Source: Mobula hypostoma (taxonomy: Eukaryota). From it: DNA of 64,000 bases. The stretch's first letter is position 1. Each line of letters opens with the position of its first letter. The DNA is taken from assembly GCF_963921235.1 (NCBI RefSeq), contig NC_086097.1, positions 236,532,001 to 236,596,000 of the forward strand. Reading direction: 5' to 3'. The position numbers and the translations under genes are program-made. The notes under the pieces were generated by a model, which saw only the letters and a list, made by a program, of their open reading frames with translations, did no database searches and was not told the origin of the DNA. Positions 25,655 to 37,495 of this stretch are shown one piece after another.

Positions 25655-27088
25655 ACAGATATGGTTAGAGCATTGACTGATTGGTAGGAGTCAGCAAGTG
25701 GGGATAAAAGGACCCTCCCTTCCTCTATCCCTTTTTCACTCTACCCCCTCCCCCAGCTCCCTCATGGTTCCGCCCCCTTCTTCTACTACCCATTGTTGCC
25801 AGGGCTCAATGCTTCCCCTCCCCCACCCCTTTGTCTTTCAAATTACTGGTCTATCAACTGACGCTACAAGCATTCTTCAAATCCATTCCACATCTGTCAT
25901 TCTTTGAAGGCTTCCGGCCCGAAACATCGACTAATCGTTTCTGACTGATGCTGCCCGACCTGCTGAGTTCATCCAGCGTACTGAAAGTGTTGCTTTGATC
26001 TTTTACAGCATCTGCAGATTATTTTGTGTTTATAAAAGGATCCTTTTCTGGTTGGCTGCCAGTGATTAGTGGTGTTCTGCAGGGGTCAGTGTGAGGACCA
26101 CTTCTTTTTATGCTGTATATCAGTGATTAAGATGATGGAATAGAAGGCTTTGTTGCCAAGTTCACAGATGATACAAAGATTGGTGGGAGGCAGGTAGTGT
26201 TGAGGAAACAGATTGGCTGCAAAAGGACGTAGACAGATTCGGAGAATGAGCAAGAAGGCGGCAAATGAAATACAATGTTGTAAAATGCATAGCGTGCACA
26301 TTGGTAATAGAAATAAATGTGCAGACTATTTTCTAAATGGGGAGAAAATCCAAAAATGTAATATGCAAAGGGTCATGGGAATTCTTTTTGCAGAATACCC
26401 TAAAGGTTAACTTGCAGGTAAAGTTGGTGGTGAGGAAGGCAAATGCAATGTTAGTATCTATTTCAAGCGGTCTAGAACACAAGAGCAGGGACAAAATGTT
26501 GAGGCTTTAGAAGGCACTGGAGATGCCTCACTGTGAGTATTGTAAACAGTTTTGGGCTCCTCATCTGAGAAAAGATGTGCTGGCAATGGAAAGGGTTCAG
26601 AGGAGGTGCACAAGGATGATTCCGGGAATGAAAGATTTATCATATGAGGAACATTTGATAGCTTTGGATCTATACTTGTTGAAATTTAGAAGGATGAGGA
26701 GGGCGATCTCATTGAAACCTTTCGAATGTTGAAAGGCCTAGACTGAGTAGCTGTGGAAAGGATATTTCCCATGGTGGGGGAGTCTAAGACAAGAGGGCAT
26801 GGTCTTAGGATAGAGGAATCTCCATTTAAAACAGAGATGCGGAGAAATTTCTTTAGCCAAAGGGTAGTGAATTTGTGGAATTTGTTACCACAGTGCTGTG
26901 GAAGCCAGGTCAATAGGTATATTTGAGGAAGAGATTGATATATTCTTGATTGGACATGGCATCAAAGGTTACAGGGAGAAAGCTAGGGAGAGGGGCGGAG
27001 GAGTGGAAAAAGGAACAGCCATGATTGAATGTTGGAACAGACTCGATGGGCCAAATGGCCTAATTCTCTTATGTCTTATGGTCTTATT
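25655..27088 (+). mobile_element. CR1 RT-to-3' UTR fragment hosting a Penelope pLTR
   Basis: aagttcacagatgatacaaag (KFTDDTK), ORF 26523-26732 (QFWAPHLRKDVLAMERVQRR), and tail tcttatgtcttatggtctta. Confidence 0.92.
25713..26031 (+). mobile_element. Penelope-like pLTR insertion, 9-bp TSD
   Basis: TSD ATAAAAGGA at 25704-25712 and 26032-26040. Hammerhead 3' half ggcccGAAAcatcgact at 25916-25932, with the CUGANGA box lost. Confidence 0.8.
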
Positions 27089-27174
27089 AAATACAACACC
27101 AATCTTTATGTCATCTGCAATCTTATCAATTATACCTCTGATATTCAGATCTAGATCATCAATAGCAAACAGCT

Positions 27175-27262
27175 GGTAGAGCCACAGTTTCACAATTCAG
27201 TGACCCAGGTTTAATGCTGACATTGGGTGACACCTGTATCTGGAGTTTGTCCATTCTCCTTT
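27175..27262 (+). mobile_element. tRNA-derived SINE head (V-SINE/HE1-like), degenerate
   Basis: Degenerate box B (ggtttaatgc) followed by tggagtttgtccattctcc. Confidence 0.55.
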
Positions 27263-28265
27263 TCAAGTTCAAGTTTAATTATCATGCGACCTTACATAAG
27301 TACCCATGAATTCAGCTAAACAAAACAGTGTACCTTTGGGGCCAAGGTGTTAACACAGTACAACAGTCATACACAGCACAAAACACATATAAGATAGCAG
27401 TCCAAAGAAAATTCAAAAAGCAGCCCAATATATTCACAAGTGACTTGGAATTCAGAGATCCTCCAACAACAACAACAATAATCATATAGTGATTAAGCAT
27501 CATGAGCCCTAAAATCTTTGTGACTTGCTGCGTAGTATTTTGTGTGATTTATTTATACTTTATATTTTAAGATAATAAACAAGGATTAAGTTGCTTTGTT
27601 GTATATGCATGCATATTACCACATCTTCTGGACACTGATTAGTTTGGGACTTCGAGCCCAATACAGAGACACTCAGAGAATGACAAACTATTTGGTTTTT
27701 GTTCTCAAGCCATTAACTTGGTCTGATTTCTTTCACTCAAACAACATGTGTCCATTAACTCAGTGTTCAGCATACCCTCATAAATTAATTAGGTATTTTA
27801 ATGGTCACTACTTGTTCATTATTCCCTCAATATCCTGACACCGAAAGGGAAAAGTTGTTATTTGACCTGACAGCCATTTACTTATTGTCTTGCAAAATCA
27901 AAAATACCACAGGTTCAATGCAATATTATTCTATGACTCTATAAACTGCAAGGGCCCTGTTTCAATATCTTAGGTAAATCACTAATCACAATAAAATATC
28001 TTTCACCATCAGCTTCTGCCTACTAATTAAATACTGAAATCTGACATGCCTCCGTTATTATAATAGATGACTGAGATTAAGTGTGAATCACACAAACAAT
28101 CTAGTTTACAATGTCACGAAATAAATAGAAGCACTAATATTAAGTTTTAAGACCTTCAGATTTGTATCACTTGTTGTCATTAGTCTACTTGGGAAGGAAA
28201 GAGAAAAACAATTTTTTTTGTGCTCTCTGTGTTTTTCGTACCAAACAATGAGTTCCTTTGTCTTT

Positions 28266-30045
28266 TAGACAATAGACAATAGGTGCGGGAGTAGGCCATT
28301 CGGCCCTTCGAGCCAGCACTGCCATTCACTGTGATCATGGCTGATCATCCACTATCAGTATCCAGTTCCTGCCTTATCCCCATAACCTTTGATTCCACTA
28401 TCTTTAAGAGCTCTATCCATCTCTTTTTTGAAAGCATCCAGAGACTTGGCCTCCACAGCCTTCTGTGGCCAAGCATTCCATATATCCACCACTCTCTGGG
28501 TGAAAAAGTTTTTCCTCAACTCCGTTCTAAATGGCCTACCCCTTATTCTTAAACTGTGGCCTCTGGTTCTGGACTCACCCATCAGCGGGAACATGCTTCC
28601 TGCCTGCAGCGTGTCCAATCCCTTAGTAATCTTATACGTTTCTATCCTCATAGAATTTTTTGAGGATGTAACTAGTAGAGTGGATAGGGGAGAACCAGTG
28701 GATGTGGTATATTTGGATTTTCAAAAGGCTTTTGACAAGGTCCCACACAGGAGATTAGTGTGCAAACTTAAAGCACACGGTATTGGGGGTAAGGTATTGG
28801 TGTGGGTGGAGAATTGGTTAGCAGACAGGAAGCAAACAGTGGGAATAAACGGGACCTTTTCAGAATGGCAGGCGGTGACTAGTGGGGTACCGCAAGGCTC
28901 AGTGCTGGGACCTCAGTTGTTTACAATATATATTAATGACTTGGATGAGGGAATTAAATGCAGCATCTCCAAGTTTGCGGATGACACGAAGCTGGGTGGC
29001 AGTGTTAGCTGTGAGGAGGATGCTAAGAGGATGCAGGGTGACTTGGATAGGTTGGGTGAGTGGGCAAATTCATGGCAGATGCAATTTAATGTGGATAAAT
29101 GTGAAGTTATCCACTTTGGTGGCAAAAGTAGGAAAACAGATTATTATCTGAATGGTGGCCGATTAGGAAAAGGGGAGGTGCAACGAGACCTGGGTGTCAT
29201 TATACACCAGTCATTGAAAGTGGGCATGCAGGTACAGCAGGCAGTGAAAAAGGCGAATGGTATGCTGGCATTTATAGCGAGAGGATTTGAGTACAGGAGC
29301 AGGGAGGTACTACTGCAGTTGTACAAGGCCTTGGTGAGATCACACCTGGAGTATTGTGTGCAGTTTTGGTCCCCTAATCTGAGGAAAGACATCCTTGCCA
29401 TAGAGGGAGTACAAAGAAGGTTCGCCAGATTGATTCCTGGGATGGCAGGACTTTCACATGAAGAAAGACTGGATGAACTGGGCTTGTACTCGTTGGAATT
29501 TAGAAGATTGAGGGGGGATCTGATTGAAACGTATAAGATCCTAAAGGGATTGGACAGGCTAGATGCTGGAAGATTGTTCCCGATGTTGGGGAAGTCCAGA
29601 ACGAGGGGCCACAGTTTGAGGATAGAGGGGAAGCCTTTTAGGACCGAGATTAGGAAAAACTTCTTCACACAGAGAGTGGTGAATCTGTGGAATTCTCTGC
29701 CACAGGAAACAGTTGAGGCCAGTTCATTGGCTATATTTAAGAGGGAGTTAGATATGGCCCTTGTGGCTACGGGGGTCAGGGGGTATGGAGGGAAGGCTGG
29801 GGCGGGGTCCTGAGTTGGATGATCAGCCATGATCATAATAAATGGCGGTGCAGGCTCGAAGGGCCAAATGGCCTACTCCTGCACCTATTTTCTATGTTTC
29901 TATGTTTCAATACTATCCCCTCTCAGCCTTCTAAATTCCAGAGTATACAAGCCCAGTCACTCCAATCTTTTGACATATGACAGTCCCGCCATCCCGGGAA
30001 TTAACCTTGTGAACCTACACTGCATTCCCTCAATAGCAAGAATGA
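28266..30045 (-). mobile_element. CR1 3' fragment (host) split by a younger antisense CR1
   Basis: Tail gacaatagacaatag at 28268 and ORF 28355-28651. The host continues at about 29908 (aatactatcccctctcagccttctaaattcc). Confidence 0.93.
28645..29907 (+). mobile_element. Young CR1, 5'-truncated, uninterrupted from mid-RT to stop, (TTTCTATG)n tail
   Basis: ORF 28389-29813 from LIEFFED onward has intact FADD. Near-identical to 6471-7718 in the opposite orientation. Confidence 0.97.
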
Positions 30046-31236
30046 TATATTCTAAGTCGACTGGAAATCCCATTTATTTGGATTTATTCAATGATCAGTT
30101 GTAGGACTGCTAATCAATGCCTCCACCTCTCTCACCTGCTATAATTTTCAACCAAGTGTCCTGATGGACACTTTTAATTTGATCTCTCCAGTCTTTCTAG
30201 GTGTGGCTTCTGCAAGTTTCTGTAATGAGATAATAATCCATCTTGGTCTAGAATTTGTACTGTATACAGAACTCTACATTAAAATCAAATTATACATTGA
30301 TTTTAAAAACTCTTTTATTCCCTCTCAGTGCTGGGAAGTGGTCATGATGTTGTATGATTCATTTTGTTCACATGGAACGTCAACTGTAAACTTAAGAACA
30401 TAAGAAATGGGAGCGGGAGTAGGCCATCTGGCCCACCGAGCCTACTCCACTATTCAATAGGATCATGGTTGACCTGACCATGGACATATCTGACCTGCAT
30501 TTTCCCCATAACCCTTACTTCCCCTACTATGCAAAAATTTATCCAACCTTGCCACTCAATTGAATTTCTAAGCCCTAATGTTCCATTCCATATAGAGGAG
30601 ATTTTAAAGCTATACTCAGCCCTTTCTTCTCCGACTTGGCAGTTCCTCAAGTTTGAAGATAGCTCATGTTGTTGTGCATTCTGAGCTACTCCTGGAAGAT
30701 AAAGATAGCAGCTTTGAAATGCAATACACAATGATAATTACCTCAAAAAAAATCTATTTGACTCAGTCTCCGTAATGCATCTGTATGCAACAGCCACTAG
30801 GAGTGACCACCACCCTGCTCTAATTGTAAAAATTAGAGTTCTTCTCCATAACAACATTATCCATTCTGTTGCATAAAATGACCATTTGGTTAACGGGTGG
30901 GGGGGGCAGCTTAGAACAAATAGAGCTGGCTCAAACTTAGCACAGATAAGCAGCAGTAAAAAGGTGTGCACTGCACCGCACTCTGTAACCTTGTTGCCTA
31001 CTGTGCATGTCACCCAATTCTAACCATCATGCCTGGTTCAATAGGATAGACTATCTCGTTTGATGCAAGCCCAATTAAATTAACTCCATTGTCTTACACT
31101 GTACCTCTTGAGTGGCCAGCCCTGTGCAGTGGACCAGCAGTCTGTGCTCTATTTTCAGTGCTGTTTGCTTGCAAAGTTTTCCTTGCAATTTCAGACTGAT
31201 AATTGCTTGCAATTTACATTTAGAACTGAAGACTAA

Positions 31237-32139
31237 GGCACTACACCGGATAATTTTGAAAACAAAGCTTTTTCTCTTTCTTTTGACCCCCCGTCCACAC
31301 TGAAACGGCGTTTTCATCCCCCAAGAACAGAGCTTTTCTAAAACACTCTCCAGAGTGTGTAAATTTGAAAACGATTGTTGCACGTTGTAGTGTAGATGGG
31401 GTAAATGGAGAGATTTAAGAACTCTGTCTTGACAACACCACAACAACAATGCATTTTCTGCTTCTGCTTGGTACTGCACAAGCACTGCCAGGTGGCTGTT
31501 ATAACGCACAGTCGATGTGAATGGCGTGAGAGTTAAATTGTAAAGTGAGTTTTTTTGACTAGATACACTAAATTGATTTGATTGAGTCTATTTTTAAAAA
31601 TACTAATGTCAGAAATACTGCGCAGGTCTGGCGGCAGAAGATTCCACTCTCTTGTCGATCTTGGGTAGAGGACGGCTTCATGCGTGTGTTGTTTACTTTA
31701 TTGTCTACATTAATAGCTTGTTTGGAGTTAAACATCTCCAGATTCTCCACTGCTTTGCTTTCCAGTCATTTCTAACTCGCAGAAACAGCTCGACTTCATT
31801 GTCTGTCTAAACGAAGAAGTCCGGTCTGCTTCTCCAGCGGAGGTTTCTTTGTATTCCTCAAGGACATGGTAGAAAACTTTCTTTCACTGTTGTTGTTGGT
31901 GCTCTAGTTTTTGACCAATGGAAATACCACAACACCGCCGCGGAAACGTAAATATTATACTGTTTCCTCTTCGCTTGTTTTCTGTAGATGTGTTTGCACA
32001 TGCCCAGTAGGAGTAGATTCCCCCAAATATCCGTTTTAATGTAGACAGAAATATTTTGAAAAACACCTAGTGTGAACGCCTGTCATTTTTACTCGAAACC
32101 GGTGTTTTCAAAATTATCCAGTCTATTGTGGACGTAGCC
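31237..32139. mobile_element. PIF/Harbinger non-autonomous element, 903 bp
   Basis: TAA on both sides (31234-31236 and 32140-32142). TIRs ggc...ggataattttgaaaac and gttttcaaaattatcc...gtggacgtagcc. No transposase. Confidence 0.85.
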
Positions 32140-32740
32140 TAACCCAGTTTATGATATGAAGCTAAAATAAAGAATATTGGTTGGAAGTTTAACATATTCA
32201 AAAACAACTCTGATCTCTAGAAGTGTCAGCTGCTGTTGGAAAGCCGAGCTTGGCAAAAGAATCTTCCTCCAGGCCCTGGATGGTAAATATGCATTACAAT
32301 TACTTTCTTGTCTTAAAAATCTGTGGCAAGATCCAGCTCCTGATACCCATTGTTTCAATGGTGGGTTCCCTCTTCTCTACCAATGAGGAAATACTTTCAG
32401 ATAACAAAGTAGTTTAATCACAGTTAGACAAATAGTTCTTAACACACTTATAACACCCAAAGAGGAATTCTGATTTATCCCAACCATTGATAAATCAGCT
32501 CTGCCTGTGACCATGTTTGATGCACTAAGTGATATAAACCCATTGTTTAACATTTGGCTAAAGCAGACAAGAGATCTGATGGTCAACTCACTTTTATAAC
32601 CGTAGCTCTGGGACCGCCAGCTCCATTGTGTGCCAGCAGCCTGTGCTCTGTAAACAATGTTGTTTACAAAGCTGTATTTCAAAGGTTCAATTTAATGTCA
32701 GAAAAATGTGTACAATATACATCCTGAAATGCTTTTTCTT

Positions 32741-33183
32741 TTTTTTGTAATTTATTTTTTATTGAAGTTCATCATCAAACAAACATTTCTATAAGATGTA
32801 TTTCAGATACTGTACATATATATCATATAATCATATTTGTCCCAAATCTCCACATAATATTTATCTGAGGTATACACTTATAGAAAGGAGAGGGGTGAAA
32901 GAACAATCAAAAGAAGAAAACTATGTACAAAGTAGGGAGTGATCTTTTTTTACAACATATCCATTGACTTGTGAGAATAAAAACAGGCCTATGAGGTGTT
33001 ATGTAGTTAAACCATTTTTCCCAGTATGAAACAAATTGTTCCAACTTATAATTAACAGATACCGTTATCTTCTCCATTTTGTAAATGTCCACTGTAATTT
33101 CCATCCATACATTTAAAATATTTAATGAATATACTGCTGGTGGCTGGTAAAAAGAACCTTACCAGGAAATGGTTATCACAGGA
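32741..33183 (-). mobile_element. L1-clade LINE 3' fragment with poly(A), 15-bp TSD and 5' inversion
   Basis: Minus strand reads LNVWMEITVDIYKMEKIT...YWEKW, with AATAAA and an A-tail at 32741-32765. TSD GAAATG(C/T)TTTTTCTT at 32726-32740 and 33184-33198. It sits inside a copy of the unclassified repeat (about 32678-33450). Confidence 0.85.
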
Positions 33184-34182
33184 GAAATGTTTTTTCTTCA
33201 CAAAACCAGAGAAGTGCCCCAAAGAATGAGCGACAGTTAAACATGAGGACCCCAAAGTAACCCCCCTCCCACGCTTAAGCGGCAGCAAGACAATGATACT
33301 GCCCTCCCCCCGGCAATCAAAAGTGCACCCGTTACCGACCACAAGCATGAGCTAAGTGATAGCAAAGACGTGGACCTTGCAGTTACTCCAAAGACTATCG
33401 CACTTCATCTGGCATTCGGCAACCAACGGGTTCTCTCTCTCTGTAATTGCAGTCGCTTCGTTGCTACTGAGACTAAATCCATGAAGAACTGGAGTACCTT
33501 CTCTGCATGGGTTGCAGCATTTCAAAGCAACTCATCACCAACTTCCCAAGTGCAGTTAGGTCTGCAGAATAAATACAGACCTGAATTAGTAATAATTCAC
33601 GCATACATGAGTTAGTAAGAAAGACACCATCAGAATGAAGTTGACAAGCTCTTTGCTTTTCCAACTTCTGGTTACCTGGATAGTCTTTTCCATTGGGAAT
33701 GCATATTGTAAAAGTGGATTTCTTTGCTTACTACCAGCATTTTTTTAAATAACAAAAAAATATGCTTGCCCAAATGTTCGAAACACACTTCTATTTGGCA
33801 ACATCCAGCCATGGCAATTTGGGAAAATTATCCCTTTGTGGTTAACATTGAATGTCATTTTCTTTATACATCTGTTGCTAAGTGCCTGATTTCATAAAGA
33901 TGAATGGTGACTCTTACTGCTGCGATAGATAACGAAGTCTCTAAATAGTGATATGAAAGAATTTGGGACTAGAAAAATTAAATAATAACCCTTTTTTCCA
34001 TTTGTACCATTTTGATAAAAATCATTTGTCTGGTTTTACTATGACCTTAGGTGACTACCCTATCAGTATTCCCTTAAATATAGAACATTGCGGACAAAAA
34101 TTAAGATATTTTTTCTCAAATTTGTGGGTTCATTGTTGCATCATTAACATGCAAAAATCTTAATTAACTTGCTCTTTTTACA

Positions 34183-34580
34183 CCATAAGACCATAAGACA
34201 TAGGAGCAGATTTAGGCCAATTGGCCCATCAAGCCTGCTCCACCATTACATCATGGTTGATTTTCTTATCTCGCTTACCTCCATACTCCTGCCTTCTTCT
34301 AGTAACCTTTAAAGTCCTTAATAATCAAAAGCCTTACAAATTTTTTCTTTAAATATAATCAATGACTTGGCCTCCACAGTCGTCTCTGGCAATGAACTGC
34401 AGATTCACCACCCTTTGGCAAAAGAAATTCCACCTCACTGCTGTTCTAAAGGAATGTCCTTGCATTCTGAGGCTGTTCCCTCTGGTCCTAGACTTGTTCT
34501 CCATCGAAAACATCTTTTCCACATCCATTCTGTCCAGGCCTTTCAAAATTCAATAGGTTTCAATGAGATCCCCCCTCATT
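34183..34580 (-). mobile_element. CR1 3' fragment
   Basis: ORF 34349-34546 (KGLDRMDVEKMF, NFFCQRVVNL) and tail ccataagaccataagacata. Confidence 0.9.
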
Positions 34581-34844
34581 TTTCCAGCAGTTTCAAAATT
34601 ATTATCATAATTTATTGGCAAGAGAAAGAGAATTACAGTACGTTAAAATAGACCGTGGCATAGGTACATGAGAACATAACAAATATTCTAAAAGGAAAAG
34701 GATTTCTTTCCTTCATGACTATTTTACTTAGAAATATATTTTGCATATATTCCCCCAGGGAATGTCCTAACAAATCAACTCCTGAGAGGATAAATCTACT
34801 CAAAATGAATTCCTGATTTCTACTTGTACTATATTGAAATTCTC

Positions 34845-35395
34845 CAAGAGGACGACAATCTTGTCCTGGTTTGGAGGCTTATGTACCTCAATAACGTGGA
34901 GGTCTATATTGGGCGGAGTCAGGGCTTTATGCTTTGGCTTTTGGTAGGATTTTCCATGCCAAACAAGTTGATAGTTTCCTGACTGGTCAGGGCACCAAAG
35001 GATATGGCGAGAAGGCAGGTGTACGGGATAGAGTGGGATCCGGGATCAGCCATAATGGAATGACAGAGAAGACTCAATGGGCTGAATGGTCTAACTCTTC
35101 TCTTGTGCATTATAGTCTTATAGTCTAAATGGTCTAAGAGAGGTCCTCCAATTCTCCAGGCTCGGGGGTTCAGCTCAGTGCTAACAACCCTGACTGGTTA
35201 ATTGAAATTGTTATGGAAGCAGCAATGAAGGATCATTCTACATCCTGAGTCTCCACGTGGGATTTGCATTACTGACAGTGGTGAAAACGAAGAGGAAGCT
35301 AATGACATGATGAAAGAAGCCCTGAGCACCATCAGAGTTAGAGGATTTTCATTGCTGCCCTAAATGCCAGTGTCATAACAGGCAGTAAGTAAGTT
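34845..35395 (+). mobile_element. RTE-derived non-autonomous element with a CR1 tail inserted at about 34968-35125
   Basis: cttgtcctggtttggaggctt resembles 36369. RTE 5'-UTR-like ggggttcagctcagtgctaacaaccctg. Tail gtaagtaagt. Confidence 0.55.
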
Positions 35396-36089
35396 TACTG
35401 AAATGTCCAGATTTCCATTTAACATTTCAAAATAGGTTTTAAACGGTGGGCTACTGAAGATATTTCGATGAATCTGACAGGAAAGGAATTATGATCTTCC
35501 ATTCTGTCTTTGATCATCTTGATCTCTGTAGAAAGCAGGAACCTATCAAAGGGCTCAGCCTTATCAACTTCTGCTTTATATCTAGTTATGAACTTTGATA
35601 CAAAAGCAATTTCATAGATAAAATGAAAAAAAAAGATAAAATAAAATAATTGGTATAAAATTATTTTCTATAGCTTGCAATCTTAGGCTTAAAGGAGGCT
35701 GTTTCATGACAAAGTAGAGTTTCAGCAGATGACATTATTAAAAACAGAGGATGCACAGGTATTATGTACTGAAGGTATAGAGAGTAGACTGTAATGTGTG
35801 AATGCAACACTGTTTTGATGTCTCTGCTATCAAACTGGAGTTCAATGCTCCCACTGATGCCCTCTGTTAGCCTTGCACAGTTCAACATATGTTCATCAGC
35901 GGGAAAGGAACTTGATGCATTTCCCCGACCACCAATGATACTTAAAAGGGATTATTGATGCAGTTTATATTAATTGATTTCCGATAGCTGTTGATATGAA
36001 AGTGCAAGTGTCTGGTATTTTCTCAAGTCTATTAAAGATCCTGAAATCTAAATGAACTGTTATGGAAAGTTTTGAAGGATAAGTTAGTA

Positions 36090-37225
36090 TCAGAGTCGGA
36101 ATCAGGTTTAATATCACCGGCATATGTTGAGAAATTTGATGTTTTGCAGCAGCAGTACAGTGCAATACATACTAATAAAAACTGTAAATTACAGCAACAA
36201 GTATATATATTTTTTAACCTTAAATTAAATAAGTAGTGCAAAAAGATAAAAAAGTAGTGAGGTAGTGTTCATGGGTTCATTGTCCATTCAGAAATCTGAT
36301 GGCAGAGGGAAAGAAATTATACCTGAATCATTGAGTGCGTGTTTTCAGACTTCTCTGTGGATTGTCACCTTGTCGTGGTGGAGAAGCTTGTGTGGTCCTG
36401 TGATCCCGAGAGCGATGCCGTCTGGAACTATGCTCCTTGTAGGGCCACCCATGGTGGTAAGGTCGAGGGTGAGGTCCCTGACAAAGAACAATCCAACCAA
36501 GACTTCAACAGTGGAACAGGCGGACGAAGTTACTTTGAACTCAACGGCTGTGATGGCGGATGAAGGCAGCAACAAATTCATCAATTCCAATCGTGGTTTC
36601 CATGCCATTGGAACCAGTTGGTTGATTTGAGAAGTATCGTGTGCCTCTTGGAGTGCAGTATCAAGTGCACATTAAACAAGAGCACGCACAGGCATCTTCA
36701 CTCTGTGGGCCACTTCTTCAGAACGAAGACCATCATTCTCGACCTCAAGGGATAGCCACGACGATGATGACAGTTTTCAGACTCCTGTACCGCCTCCCTG
36801 ATGGTAGCAATAAGATGCGGGTATATCCTGGGTGAAGAAGTTCCTTAATGATAGATGCAGCCTTTTTGAAGCATCGTTCCTTGAAGATGTCTTGGATGCT
36901 TAAATACATGAGAGGCTTTTAAGAGATGTTTGGATAGGCACATAGATTTCAGGAGAATGGAGGGATATGGACATGATGTAGGTAGGAGGGATTAGTGTTT
37001 GGGTGTTTTTGATTTGTTCTTTAGCTGGTTCAGCATCACATTGTGGGCCAAATGGACTGTTTCTATGTTCTATGCTGGGTCGGCTAGTGCCCATGATGGA
37101 GCTGGCTGAGTTTACAACTTCCTGCAGCTTATTTCAATCCTGAGCAATGCCCCCTCCAATACTAGCTGGTGATGCAGCCAGTTAGAATGCCCGCCATAGT
37201 AGGTCTGTAGAAACTTGTGAGTGTT
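36090..37225 (-). mobile_element. Rex1/Babar 3' fragment with nested RTE-derived element and CR1 tail (about 36900-37075)
   Basis: ctcctgtaccgcctccctgatgg and ORF 37112-37303. The 3' UTR is shared with the copies at 38615 and 52580. Confidence 0.75.
36352..36772 (+). mobile_element. RTE/BovB-related non-autonomous retroposon, 421 bp, 11-bp TSD
   Basis: TSD GTTTTCAGACT at 36341-36351 and 36773-36783. 5' part cttgtcgtggtggagaagcttg...agggccaccca...ctgacaaa resembles BovB/RTE 5' regions. Tail gacgatgatgac. Confidence 0.75.
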
Positions 37226-37358
37226 CCCATCTTTAGGACTCTGCACACATTGGCTATTCTCCGACATGACTGGATTAGCTGATATTCCGCAGAAACACCC
37301 CAACCTTGCATTCTACGGATATATCATAATGCTGTTTAGCTAGGATACAAAAATAAGG

Positions 37359-37495
<137 letters not shown>

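Noticed and set aside
28389..29813. Longest ORF (474 aa) as a host gene
   Set aside because: It is a fusion of antisense CR1 and a truncated CR1 RT, starts at a non-ATG codon and shows no exon structure.
29144..29836. 230-aa minus-strand ORF and similar ORFs (6529, 6940, 7240, 1489, 56276)
   Set aside because: These are antisense shadows of LINE ORF2 and recur wherever the element recurs.
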